Source of the DNA: Minisyncoccota bacterium
GTDB taxonomy: Bacteria > Patescibacteriota > Minisyncoccia > Phycocordibacterales > UBA9973
Direction: 5' to 3'
Assembly (NCBI GenBank): GCA_035403785.1
Contig: DAONFW010000001.1
Coordinates: 21,595 to 85,594, forward strand
Length of the DNA: 64,000 bases
Under the pieces are notes generated by a model that had not been told where the DNA came from, searched no databases, and saw only the letters and a list, made by a program, of their open reading frames with translations. Of this stretch, positions 19,840-29,550 are shown piece after piece (the stretch's first letter is position 1; every line of letters starts with the position of its first letter). A program made the position numbers and the translations under genes.

Positions 19840-20967
19840 TTATTGTAATTTTCGTAAAGCCAAACCTATGGCAACTGCGAATTCTGGGCCAGTTGCCTCA
19901 AGAACTTTGTCCAAAAATGCTGGGGCGCCAACTTTTGAAAACGGTTTCCCCACTACTACTTCTGCTTTAAAACTATTTGTAGCTATTTCTTTCAACCCTT
20001 TCATCAAAGCCCCACCGCCAGTCAAAATAACTTTACTAATAGTCCTTCCGTATTTTTTTTCATAGCCAAGCAAGACATCATTCGTTTCAGCAATAATATA
20101 ATCTGTATGCAATTTTATTATTTCCGGCAAAGTTTTTTCTATTGGATTATCGTAAAGGCCATATTCTTTTTTTAATTCTTCTGCTTTCGCAAACGGAATG
20201 CTCAAAGATTTTGAAATCGAATCTGTTATATCAGAGCCTCCCCTATTCACAGTATGAAAACTTTTTATTGTGCCAAATTCAACAATTGAAAGTTTGGTAC
20301 GCGATGCGCCAAAGTCCATTAGCAATACTGGTGAAAGTTCGTGTTCAAAATTTGATCGAATAGAAGAAAAAACTTCTACCTCAAAAAAATCTGTCTCTAA
20401 TTCTGCGCCTGAAACAATCGAGCGATATTTTGAGACTGCATCGTTCTGAATAGCTACAACTAGAACTTCTATTTTTTCAGCCACAACGATTGCGTCTGGA
20501 TTGTGTGATTCTGCAAATGATGGCTCTTTTTTTGGTAAGACAAAATAATCCAAAGAAACTTCGGTAATCGGCACTGGAATATACTTTCTTGCTTCTGTTT
20601 TTACAATCGCATCTATCTCGCTTTCTTTTATCTGAGCTGGGAGTTCGATAGTAAAAATCAAACTTGAAACAACCGGAATGGCTAATGCTGAATTTTTAGT
20701 AGTAACATTTGAATCTTTTAGAACTTCTTTCAGAGCTTCAATTATTTTTTCCGGCTGAAGACTTGTAACTCTTCCCATTTCTAATTCTGCGTACGGGCCT
20801 AAAGAGATCGCACCATAAGTTTCAAGCACAGCGCGCCCTTCTTTTTTCTTAATCTGCACAATTTTAATCATTGAAGAACCGATGTCGATTCCGACAGCGC
20901 TTTCACTAGAACCTCCTTTGAATATACCAGAAGCTGTATCTAAAATTTTCTTGAACGGATTATCCAT
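19840..20967 (-). CDS. pilM: PilM (actin-like ATPase fold)
   Basis: GIDIGSSMIKIV phosphate-1-like motif. Length 375 aa. First gene of the pilMNO set. Confidence 0.75.
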   Translation of the reverse strand: MDNPFKKILDTASGIFKGGSSESAVGIDIGSSMIKIVQIKKKEGRAVLETYGAISLGPYAELEMGRVTSLQPEKIIEALKEVLKDSNVTTKNSALAIPVVSSLIFTIELPAQIKESEIDAIVKTEARKYIPVPITEVSLDYFVLPKKEPSFAESHNPDAIVVAEKIEVLVVAIQNDAVSKYRSIVSGAELETDFFEVEVFSSIRSNFEHELSPVLLMDFGASRTKLSIVEFGTIKSFHTVNRGGSDITDSISKSLSIPFAKAEELKKEYGLYDNPIEKTLPEIIKLHTDYIIAETNDVLLGYEKKYGRTISKVILTGGGALMKGLKEIATNSFKAEVVVGKPFSKVGAPAFLDKVLEATGPEFAVAIGLALRKLQ

Positions 20968-21047
20968 CTTTAAATTAATTTAAAACTTTATTTATCTGTG
21001 TTAAAATACATCAGCATCCTTAATAGATTACTGTAATTATAACATAT

Positions 21048-21698
21048 ATGAGCTTTATAAACACCATATTAGACGTTATTTTTCCTGTGAATTGCGTTTC
21101 CTGCGGAAAACCAAGCGAAGAACTTTGCGCAATTTGTTTGAGAAAATTTCCTGAAAACAAAAACAATAATTCAGATTGGATATTTTCCCTTTTTGAATAT
21201 CAATATCCTTCTGTAAAAAAATCTATTTGGTTTTTAAAATATAAAAATAAAAAAAGACTTGCAAAAACCTTTGCAGAACTTTTGTATACTAAAATAGTAA
21301 GAGAATTGTCGAGTTTGCCAGAGCAAGAAAAATTTTCTAATCCCCTTCTAATGCCTATTCCGATTTCTGCAAAACGCAGACGCGAGCGCGGTTACAACCA
21401 AACAGAACTTTTGTGCCAAGAATTATTAAAATTAGATAGAGAGCGAATTTTAAGTTTAGAAAAAACTGTTTTGATCAAACCGAAAGAAACAGAACATCAA
21501 GCACAAATAAAAAACAAACAAGAAAGACTACAAAATATCGTCGGCACTTATTCGTTGAAAAACAGAGAAAAAATAAAAGACAGAAATATTATTCTAATAG
21601 ACGACGTCACTACAACCGGCGCAACACTAGAAGAAGCAAAAAAATTGTTAAAAAAATTTGAAGCAAAAAAAATTATTGCTTTTACAATTGCGCATTAA
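21048..21698 (+). CDS. comFC: ComF-family competence protein (zinc finger plus phosphoribosyltransferase domain)
   Basis: CVSCGK...CAICL zinc finger. PRTase motif IILIDDVTTTGATL. Confidence 0.75.
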   Translation: MSFINTILDVIFPVNCVSCGKPSEELCAICLRKFPENKNNNSDWIFSLFEYQYPSVKKSIWFLKYKNKKRLAKTFAELLYTKIVRELSSLPEQEKFSNPLLMPIPISAKRRRERGYNQTELLCQELLKLDRERILSLEKTVLIKPKETEHQAQIKNKQERLQNIVGTYSLKNREKIKDRNIILIDDVTTTGATLEEAKKLLKKFEAKKIIAFTIAH

Positions 21699-21841
21699 AA
21701 TTACATATAAATATTTAAAATAAGTCAAGATATTAAAACCTTTAGAATCAAGGTTCAAATTACTTCCCTGCTATTTCCACAAATAATAACAACTTTTTTA
21801 AAATATAAAGATATAATTTAGTCAAACCAATTCTTTGTAAA

Positions 21842-22201
21842 ATGGAAACAAAACCAAACCCAATCGAACGTCTGGAGCGTACCCAGTACTCAGAAGATTA
21901 TGACAAAGAACTAACTTTTGAATTTGGAGAAGAGAAACTAATTTGCCCTGTAAGTTTTAGACAGGATCAAAAAAATCGTGACGTTTTTAATGTTTCTAAA
22001 GTTTTATCAGAGAAAGGAGAATCATTTTTAAAATGTAAAAAGAAACTAATAAAACGACAAATGATTTATCTTATCATTAAGGGATACCAGTATACATTAG
22101 CTGGAGGTGAACTGAAAAAAGTTCCAGGCCCAAAAGAGTTTATTTTATGCCAAGTAATTGATATAAGAACAACTCTAATCAAAGTTAAGATATTGTTATA
22201 A
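21842..22201 (+). CDS. Hypothetical protein
   Basis: 119-aa ORF with no recognisable motif. Confidence 0.35.
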   Translation: METKPNPIERLERTQYSEDYDKELTFEFGEEKLICPVSFRQDQKNRDVFNVSKVLSEKGESFLKCKKKLIKRQMIYLIIKGYQYTLAGGELKKVPGPKEFILCQVIDIRTTLIKVKILL

Positions 22202-22302
22202 TTATTAATTTCAAAAAAATTTAAAGTATGGGTACGTTCGACAGAAGATGAAGCAGGACACACTCTCAGAGTAACTCCTGCTTTTTTATTTTTCATATAA
22301 AC

Positions 22303-22331
22303 AAAAAGACCCAGATTACTCTGGGTTTTTT
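22303..22331. terminator. Bidirectional rho-independent terminator (acccag-attact-ctgggt flanked by A- and T-runs)
   Basis: Seen in sequence. It is near-identical to the hairpin at 50150..50178. Confidence 0.6.
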
Positions 22332-22352
22332 GTAATAATTACTATTTAATTA

Positions 22353-24539
22353 TTATTTCAAACTATTTATCACTGTATTTGTCTTAGGACCAATAATACC
22401 ATCACCTACTAACTTGTTAGCTAATTGGAACTTAATGACTGCTTTTTTAGTTAAAGTACCAAAGTAGTTTGTCTCATGTCCTGGTGAACCTGCTCCTGTA
22501 GTAGCTACTTGATAACCATGAGTGTTTAAGAACTTTTGGAGTTCTTTTACGTCATTGTTTATCATAGAGTATTTTAGGAGTTTGGTGAAGGTGAAGGAAG
22601 TTGCTGAAGTATTACTAAATTGTGATTGTAATTGTGCAGCTTCTGTTGTTTTACCCATTGATACTAAGTTGGCCACTTGAGCTCCTAGAGATGAGCCGGA
22701 AGAAGTGTGAGACCTTGGAGTTAAAATTGTAGTAAAATTCCAAAATGTTTTATTTGAAATCGCCCCAATAGGATTACCAGACAAATCAGTAACAGCACCC
22801 TCTTCGGTTAAAACATAATATCCTGTATTTTCATCTAATACATTAGATGGATTAACAGTGACAACATTACCTACTATGGTTACACTAGGATCACCACCCG
22901 TTACTGTTTCAACTAATGAATCATCAGATGTTTTATAAATTCTAAAAGTTTTACCATTTCCAATTAAAATATCTTCATTAAAAGTTATAGCTAAATTTGT
23001 ATCTACTGCTACATCAATAGCATTATCTAATGGATTAAATAAAGAAACAGTAGGAGGAATAACATCTTCTAAAACAAGTTTAGAAATAAAACTATCCCAA
23101 TCACCAAAAGAAGTTAAAGTAGTTGTTCCTACTCCTGGATCAAAACCACCTGTACCAGAAAAAGATCCTGCAACCCAAACATTATCTCCCGAAGAATCAA
23201 CAGCAACACTTGCATCATAACTCGAACCTGAACCCATTTGTTTTGCCCAAACAAAATTACCATCTGAATCAAGTTTTAAAACGAATTTACTATTACCAGC
23301 TGAAGCCAAATTATAGGTTCCTGCTCCAGGATCAAAATCAACTGTACTATTAAAAAATCCAGCGGTATAAGTATTACCACTTGAATCAATTGCAATACCA
23401 AAAGATTCATCTTCGGCTCCTGTACCTCCTATTTGTTTTACCCATACAAAATTTCCATCTGAATCAAGTTTTAAAATAAAAATATCCTCCGTTCCAGAAG
23501 TAGCTATTAATTTATTTTCTGCTACTCCAGGATCAAAATCAACCGTTCCAGTAAAATATCCGGTAAGATACAAATTATTCCCAGTAAAATCAAGAACTGA
23601 ATCAAACGGGGTGCTTGCACCCACACCAGAACCTACTATTTGTTTTGCCCATACAAAATTACTAGAAGAATCTAACTTCACAACAAAACTATCTGTTCCT
23701 ACAGCTGTAAGAGGAAAGATTCCTGCCCCAGGGTCAAAATCATCAGTTCCATCAAAATAACCAGAAAAATAAACATTGCCATTAGAATCAACTGCAGCAG
23801 AAGGACTAGTCCCCCATCTATATGTTCCCATTTGTTTTGCCCATACAAAATTACCATCTGAATCCAGTTTTAAAACATACGAAGCACTATTGTTCGGTGA
23901 GACAATATCAACAACAGAAGCTCCTGGATCAAAATCAACAGTTCCAGAAAAAGAACCCGAAATATAAATATTATTTAATGAATCAAGAGTTAAATTTTTA
24001 CTATCCGCAGAATCAGTACCAGTATTATGCCCTCCTACTTGTTTTGCCCAAACAAAATTTCCACTTGAATTTAATTTAACAATAAAAACATCTGTTCCAC
24101 CAACAGCCGTAAGGGGAAAAGTTCCTGCCCCAGGATCAAAATCAACAGTTCCAGAAAAATAACCAGTTATATAAACATTTTTAGAAGCATCCACTTTCAA
24201 AGAACGACCAAAAGCCTGATTTCCAGCTGTTCCACCCATTTGTTTTGCCCATACAAAATTACCATCTGAATCCATTTTTAAAACAAAAGCATCATAAAGA
24301 GCAGATGTTAAAGAAACATTTCCTATCCCCGGATCTAAATCAGCTGTCCCAGAAAAAAAACCAGTGGTATAAACATTACCGCTTGAATCAATCGCATTAG
24401 AATAAGAAATATCTCTTCCAGCTCCTCCAATTTGCCCGACCCAATTCAAAAGGACATTATCAGCTTTTGCTAACTGAGGAAACATCACACCAAATACTAA
24501 GAATAAAACAAAAACACTTAAAACTAAATATTTTTTCAT
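22353..24539 (-). CDS. Secreted SBBP (beta-propeller) repeat protein with Ig-like region and C-terminal peptidoglycan-binding domain
   Basis: Signal peptide. At least 8 repeats of DSxGNxYxTGxFSGTxDFDPG...FVxKLDSDGNFVWAKQ. The C-terminus LQKFLNTHGY...GxxTxxAVxxFQ matches the PG_binding_1 pattern. Confidence 0.75.
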   Translation of the reverse strand: MKKYLVLSVFVLFLVFGVMFPQLAKADNVLLNWVGQIGGAGRDISYSNAIDSSGNVYTTGFFSGTADLDPGIGNVSLTSALYDAFVLKMDSDGNFVWAKQMGGTAGNQAFGRSLKVDASKNVYITGYFSGTVDFDPGAGTFPLTAVGGTDVFIVKLNSSGNFVWAKQVGGHNTGTDSADSKNLTLDSLNNIYISGSFSGTVDFDPGASVVDIVSPNNSASYVLKLDSDGNFVWAKQMGTYRWGTSPSAAVDSNGNVYFSGYFDGTDDFDPGAGIFPLTAVGTDSFVVKLDSSSNFVWAKQIVGSGVGASTPFDSVLDFTGNNLYLTGYFTGTVDFDPGVAENKLIATSGTEDIFILKLDSDGNFVWVKQIGGTGAEDESFGIAIDSSGNTYTAGFFNSTVDFDPGAGTYNLASAGNSKFVLKLDSDGNFVWAKQMGSGSSYDASVAVDSSGDNVWVAGSFSGTGGFDPGVGTTTLTSFGDWDSFISKLVLEDVIPPTVSLFNPLDNAIDVAVDTNLAITFNEDILIGNGKTFRIYKTSDDSLVETVTGGDPSVTIVGNVVTVNPSNVLDENTGYYVLTEEGAVTDLSGNPIGAISNKTFWNFTTILTPRSHTSSGSSLGAQVANLVSMGKTTEAAQLQSQFSNTSATSFTFTKLLKYSMINNDVKELQKFLNTHGYQVATTGAGSPGHETNYFGTLTKKAVIKFQLANKLVGDGIIGPKTNTVINSLK

Positions 24540-24582
24540 TTTTATAAATTAAATTATTAATAATTAAGATAGAATTATTATA

Positions 24583-24593
24583 CCCCCCCCCCC
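24583..24593. repeat. Homopolymeric C11 (G11 on the coding strand) tract about 45 bp upstream of the SBBP gene start
   Basis: Seen in sequence: tataccccccccccccgcaag in an otherwise ~30% GC intergenic region. Confidence 0.9.
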
Positions 24594-24697
24594 GCAAGAT
24601 TTACAAAATTTTAAAAAGTGAAAAAACTAAAAACCCCACACAATTAAGTGCGAGGTTTTTAAAATATTTCTAATATTTTCTGTTTTTTATTTTTTAT

Positions 24698-25150
24698 TTA
24701 CTGAACAGGAACAGCAACGTTTCTTACTTCAACAGACTGCGCAGTGACGCTACCATCAGAATTTGGAGTCCCATTTATACTTACAGTCTTCCCTACTTCT
24801 AAATCTTGAACTGTGCCTTCTGTACTTTTTGAAACAGAAGTTTTGTCAGAAAGAAAAATTATTCTCGAACCACCATTTTTCATTTTTAGAGTAATACTCA
24901 TTGCATCTTTTGCTAATATTTCTCCAGAGAACATGCCACTGTTAAAACCCGACTCAAAATTTCCATTTCTCATTCCCCCAACTGGACCACCCAAGCCCAT
25001 CTGCTGCTGAAATTTATCATTCTTCATCCTGTTAGAATTTCTATTTTTTGAAACACAAGAACCGATTGCAAAAAAGATAATTGCGATGGCCAAAAATCCT
25101 GCTATCAAAATCAAAGCCTTTTTGTTTTTTAATAAATTTTTTATATTCAT
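24698..25150 (-). CDS. Small membrane-anchored secreted protein; paralog of the 28988..29500 product
   Basis: N-terminal TM. The C-terminal ~80 aa are similar to the C-terminus of the 28988..29500 ORF (the ...DKTSVSK.../...ENTQIQK...VEVR/VRL pattern). Confidence 0.45.
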   Translation of the reverse strand: MNIKNLLKNKKALILIAGFLAIAIIFFAIGSCVSKNRNSNRMKNDKFQQQMGLGGPVGGMRNGNFESGFNSGMFSGEILAKDAMSITLKMKNGGSRIIFLSDKTSVSKSTEGTVQDLEVGKTVSINGTPNSDGSVTAQSVEVRNVAVPVQ

Positions 25151-25217
25151 ATATGTATTTTTATTTTTACTATTTTTTAATTTTCTACACGACTATTTAT
25201 TAATATTAATTATAAAC

Positions 25218-26441
25218 TTATTCGTAACGCAAAGCATCTATTGGATTAAGAGATGCTGCGCGCTTCGCCGGATAAAAACCAAACACAATTCCAATAACAG
25301 TAGAAACACCAAAAGCAAGCAAGACAGAAGAAACAGAAACCTGCGCTTGTAATATTCCCAATTTGGTTACCAAAAAAGAAACAAGCCAACCTAAAACTAT
25401 TCCTATGAAACCTCCAAAAAATGTAAGCATTATTGCTTCTATCAAAAACTGCTTACTGATATCTTTTTTCTTGGCACCAATAGCTTTACGCAAGCCGATT
25501 TCTCGGGTGCGTTCTGTGACCGTAGTGAGCATCATATTCATGATCCCTATTCCACCAACAATAAGCGAGATACCAGCAACCGCAGCGAGTAACGTAGTAA
25601 AAGTGCTTGTCACAGAAGATGCTGTCGCAATAATGTCAGACTGATTCATCGTGCTAAAATCTGCACTCGATTCATCTTTTATTTTATGTCTAGCCAAAAG
25701 TAAAGACGTGATATCTTCTTGCACTTGAGTAGAAACTTCAGAGCTTGCTGCTGAAACATCTATTTCACTTAAATATTTATTTCCCGAAAGATATCTCTGC
25801 GCAGTAGTATATGGAATATAAATAATATCATCGCTGTTACTAAAACCAGATCCGCCTTTTGATTTTGTAATTCCAATAATTTTATATTCAGCGCCGGAAA
25901 TACGAACTTTTTGTCCAACAACATCAGTAGCATTTTCACCAAACAAATCATCTCGCGTTGTCGGACCAATAACTGCTACTTTTGCGCTACTTAAAACATT
26001 TTGTTCTGAAATAAAAGCTCCTTCATCAACTGTTACATTGCGCACTGTTGAATAAGAATTTTCTGTGCCAATAATACTTGTGTTTGTATTATTTCCACTG
26101 GCTACAACTTGTTGCCTAGAAGTAACTTCTCGCGCAATGCCAGAGATATTTTCGATTTGATTTTCTATAGCATTTGCATCTTCTATTGTTAAAGTCTGAG
26201 CGCCGCCGCGAGCAGCATTGGGTCCACCAAAAGAACGTTGCGCCCCCGGTGTCACCATGACCAGATTTGCGCCGATAGACTGAATACTAGAAGAAATAGA
26301 ATTCTGTGCGCCCTGCCCTATCGCTGTCATAGCGATCACCGAAGCGATCCCGATGATTATACCGAGCATCGTAAGTCCCGTTCGAACTTTATTCGATTTC
26401 AGAGCTGAAAAAGTTTCTTTTAAAATATCTCTCGTTTTCAT
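25218..26441 (-). CDS. ABC transporter permease, MacB/FtsX family
   Basis: N-terminal TM, large extracytoplasmic domain, C-terminal FtsX 3-TM bundle. Ends with LNPIDALRYE. Confidence 0.8.
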   Translation of the reverse strand: MKTRDILKETFSALKSNKVRTGLTMLGIIIGIASVIAMTAIGQGAQNSISSSIQSIGANLVMVTPGAQRSFGGPNAARGGAQTLTIEDANAIENQIENISGIAREVTSRQQVVASGNNTNTSIIGTENSYSTVRNVTVDEGAFISEQNVLSSAKVAVIGPTTRDDLFGENATDVVGQKVRISGAEYKIIGITKSKGGSGFSNSDDIIYIPYTTAQRYLSGNKYLSEIDVSAASSEVSTQVQEDITSLLLARHKIKDESSADFSTMNQSDIIATASSVTSTFTTLLAAVAGISLIVGGIGIMNMMLTTVTERTREIGLRKAIGAKKKDISKQFLIEAIMLTFFGGFIGIVLGWLVSFLVTKLGILQAQVSVSSVLLAFGVSTVIGIVFGFYPAKRAASLNPIDALRYE

Positions 26442-26491
26442 AATATATTTTTTGTTTCTTCTAATTAATTTAATTAAACTAAAAATTAAAA

Positions 26492-27202
26492 TTAAATTTC
26501 TGCAATTTTCTTTTTGTGGCTATTGGGACTTTCTGTTAACAAACCATCGCGGATAAATAAAATCCGATCAGCGTGTTCAGCCACATCTTGTTCATGGGTA
26601 ATAAGAATTATTGTTCTTCCAAATTCTTTATTTAATTTTTGAAAAGTTGCAAGCACAATGTTTCCTGTTTTGGTATCAAGATTTCCAGTCGGCTCATCGG
26701 CCAAAATAATAGCTGGATCATTTACCAACGCACGCGCAATCGCTACACGCTGAATTTGTCCTCCGGAAAGTTGATTTGATAAATGATGAAAATATTTTTC
26801 ATCAAGACCAGCTTCTTTCAAAGCTTCTTTCGCTCGCGCTTCTCTTTTTTCTTTCGGAATTCCGTCATAAACAAGTGGTAATTCTACATTTCTCAAAACA
26901 GTCGCACGTGGCAAAAGATTGAAAGACTGAAAAACAAAGCCAATATTATTTTTTCTAATATCAGCAAGCTGATCATCTGATAGAGTTGAAACATCTTTGT
27001 TATCTAGAAAATAAGTTCCAGAAGTCGCAGTGTCCAATGCTCCCAAAATATGCATGAGCGTAGATTTTCCAGAGCCAGACGGACCCATGATCGCAACAAA
27101 TTCGCCTTTCTTTACTGAAAAACTAACTCCTTTCAAAGCCTGAAATGGTTCACTGCCACCAGATGCATAAATTTTAGTTATATCTTCAACTTTTATAATC
27201 AT
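26492..27202 (-). CDS. ABC transporter ATP-binding protein (MacB/LolD-like)
   Basis: Walker A GPSGSGKST. Signature LSGGQIQRVAIARAL. Walker B ILADEPT. Confidence 0.9.
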   Translation of the reverse strand: MIIKVEDITKIYASGGSEPFQALKGVSFSVKKGEFVAIMGPSGSGKSTLMHILGALDTATSGTYFLDNKDVSTLSDDQLADIRKNNIGFVFQSFNLLPRATVLRNVELPLVYDGIPKEKREARAKEALKEAGLDEKYFHHLSNQLSGGQIQRVAIARALVNDPAIILADEPTGNLDTKTGNIVLATFQKLNKEFGRTIILITHEQDVAEHADRILFIRDGLLTESPNSHKKKIAEI

Positions 27203-27224
27203 AAAATAAATAAATATTAAAATA

Positions 27225-28949
27225 TTACATTCCCAACGGTGGTCCTCCTGCTCTCATGTTATTACTAGAACTTTTACTGCTACTAGAACTGCTTTTATTA
27301 TTATTGTTATTTTTAAATGAATTTAAAATACTCGGCGCAGAAGAAGATGAGCTGCTAGAACTCGAACCGTTAATAGTTTTTGTTACAACAATATCTCCTT
27401 CTTGAAGTCCGGAAACAATTTCAGTTGATGTGTCATCGGAAAGACCAATCTCAACTACTTTTTGTTCTGGTAAAACACTAGAAATAGAACCTTGCTCTCC
27501 AGATTTTGGCTCTGTTAAAGCTTCAGAAAAAATTTCTACATAAGAAATATTATTTTTTGTTTTTACTGCACTGGTTGGCACAACCAAAACATCTTGAGCC
27601 GTGTCGATAATAACAGAAGCCGTAACACTCATGCCTGGTTTTATTCTTTCATCTTGAGTATCAAAATTAATTTTGACATCATAATTTACCACTCCAGAAG
27701 AAACCGTACCGACAGAATCAACTTCTACAACTTCACCAGAAATAGTCAGATCTGAAATCGCGTCAAAAGTGAGTGTTGCTTTTTGCCCAGTTTTTATTTG
27801 AGCAATATCAACTTCATTAAATGGAATTTCAGCTATCTTCGCATCAGTAATGAAAGTAGCCACAGTTGTACCAGAACTTATTGAATCAGATTTTTCTACA
27901 GCAATATCTGCCACGATTCCATCAAACGGCGCTCTAATATAATAATCTGATAATTCTTCTTTCAAATCATTGAGAGAATTTTGTTTTTGTCGCACAGAAA
28001 TTTGATAACTTTCTAGATCCAAACCAGAAGTTGAAAAATCTTCCTGCGCAGTTTTGATATCTTGTTTTGAAGAATACAAATCAGACAAGTGCCCATCTAC
28101 CGTATTGATATACTGAGTCAAAGAATTCTGAATTGAAGAAAAATCTGCGCCACCGTCACGTTCATAAGATAAATAATCTACTAAATTCTTCACGCTCTTC
28201 AACATGTCTGAAGTTTTTTTAACAGTTTCATAAGTTTCGTTTACAACATTTTCAATTTCTTCATTTGTAGAATTTCTATTTACTGTTCTGTATGTTGATC
28301 TAACTTCTTGAAACATTCTATCAGTTTCGTAATATAAATTTTCAGCTTTGTCTAAATAATTCACTGCCGTTTTTCCAGAACTGATAACAACATTATTAGA
28401 TAAACTTTGCTCAGACAAAATAGCATCTTCTACTCCAGTAATCACTGTAGGTAAATCTAAAAAGGCATCAGCCACAGCTGTCAGACCGTCTTCGTAAGCT
28501 TTTTGTAAATCAGAACTTCTGTTTTCTTCAGAATTTTGAATCTCTGCTTTTTGTAAAGAAATTTTGGCGCTCTGTAAACTCAACTCTGCATCACGCAAAG
28601 ATTTTTGCATATCGCCTGAATCTATTTGCGCAATAAGAGTGTCTTTCGAAACTCTCTGTCCGCTTTTCACTCCGATAGCCACAATATCGCCAGAAGCTTT
28701 TGCTTTCAGATCAACCTGATTCGAAGCAGAAACCTGTCCTGTGCCACTTACCGAAGTTATAATCGTGCCTTTTTCAACATTAGTTGTGACATAACGTACT
28801 TCGTCAGAAGCGTTAGAAACTTTTTTGTAAGCCCAAAATCCTATCGAAAGCACCACAATCAAAATAACAATGCTTACTACTTTGTGTGCAATAAAATAAT
28901 TTTTGCACTTCAAAAAACAATTTTTCATTTTTTCTTTTATTTGAGTCAT
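27225..28949 (-). CDS. Periplasmic adaptor / membrane fusion protein (HlyD/MacA family) with Ser-rich C-terminal tail
   Basis: N-terminal TM, biotin-lipoyl-like and coiled-coil segments, beta-barrel. SSSSSSSS tail. Confidence 0.7.
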   Translation of the reverse strand: MTQIKEKMKNCFLKCKNYFIAHKVVSIVILIVVLSIGFWAYKKVSNASDEVRYVTTNVEKGTIITSVSGTGQVSASNQVDLKAKASGDIVAIGVKSGQRVSKDTLIAQIDSGDMQKSLRDAELSLQSAKISLQKAEIQNSEENRSSDLQKAYEDGLTAVADAFLDLPTVITGVEDAILSEQSLSNNVVISSGKTAVNYLDKAENLYYETDRMFQEVRSTYRTVNRNSTNEEIENVVNETYETVKKTSDMLKSVKNLVDYLSYERDGGADFSSIQNSLTQYINTVDGHLSDLYSSKQDIKTAQEDFSTSGLDLESYQISVRQKQNSLNDLKEELSDYYIRAPFDGIVADIAVEKSDSISSGTTVATFITDAKIAEIPFNEVDIAQIKTGQKATLTFDAISDLTISGEVVEVDSVGTVSSGVVNYDVKINFDTQDERIKPGMSVTASVIIDTAQDVLVVPTSAVKTKNNISYVEIFSEALTEPKSGEQGSISSVLPEQKVVEIGLSDDTSTEIVSGLQEGDIVVTKTINGSSSSSSSSSAPSILNSFKNNNNNKSSSSSSKSSSNNMRAGGPPLGM

Positions 28950-28987
28950 ATATTTATTTTTATAAATTATTCTAGAAGCAAAATTTG

Positions 28988-29500
28988 TTAATTGCTTGCT
29001 CCCATTCTTGGCGCGCTATTATTATTCGAATTATTCATCATGAATTCTTGATTCGGCATCAGTCTAACAAATTTTGCTTCTATCTGACCTTGATCATTGG
29101 GCGAACCAATCACAACCACAAAGTCATCTATTTTTAGATCTGCTATTTTTATCTGTTCTCTTCCCTTTTGAATTTGAGTATTTTCTTTTATTAAAACAAC
29201 TTTTTCGATATTTTCTCTATCTTGAACAATAATATTAGCATCAGTTATTTTGATAATTTTTCCAACTGCACCATGCGCGTTTGGCATTGCGTTCTCTCCA
29301 AAAATTGGCGGTGGAGTCATTCCAAAATTATTTTTATAATGTTCTCCCCAAGCTCTATTAAACTGCGCTTTTCTGAAACCTACAGACACTCCAGCAGAAA
29401 AAATTAGTCCGGCAATTATCAAAATTCCAAAAGCATAAATCATGCCGATTAAAATTTTTGATTTAAATATTTTTTCTAACTTTTCGTTTATTTTTTTCAT
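28988..29500 (-). CDS. Membrane-anchored hypothetical protein
   Basis: N-terminal TM. Shares a C-terminal domain with the 24698..25150 product. Confidence 0.4.
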   Translation of the reverse strand: MKKINEKLEKIFKSKILIGMIYAFGILIIAGLIFSAGVSVGFRKAQFNRAWGEHYKNNFGMTPPPIFGENAMPNAHGAVGKIIKITDANIIVQDRENIEKVVLIKENTQIQKGREQIKIADLKIDDFVVVIGSPNDQGQIEAKFVRLMPNQEFMMNNSNNNSAPRMGASN

Positions 29501-29550
29501 ATACTTATTTTTATAAATTATTTTTAAATTTTAATTTTATTAAATATTTA

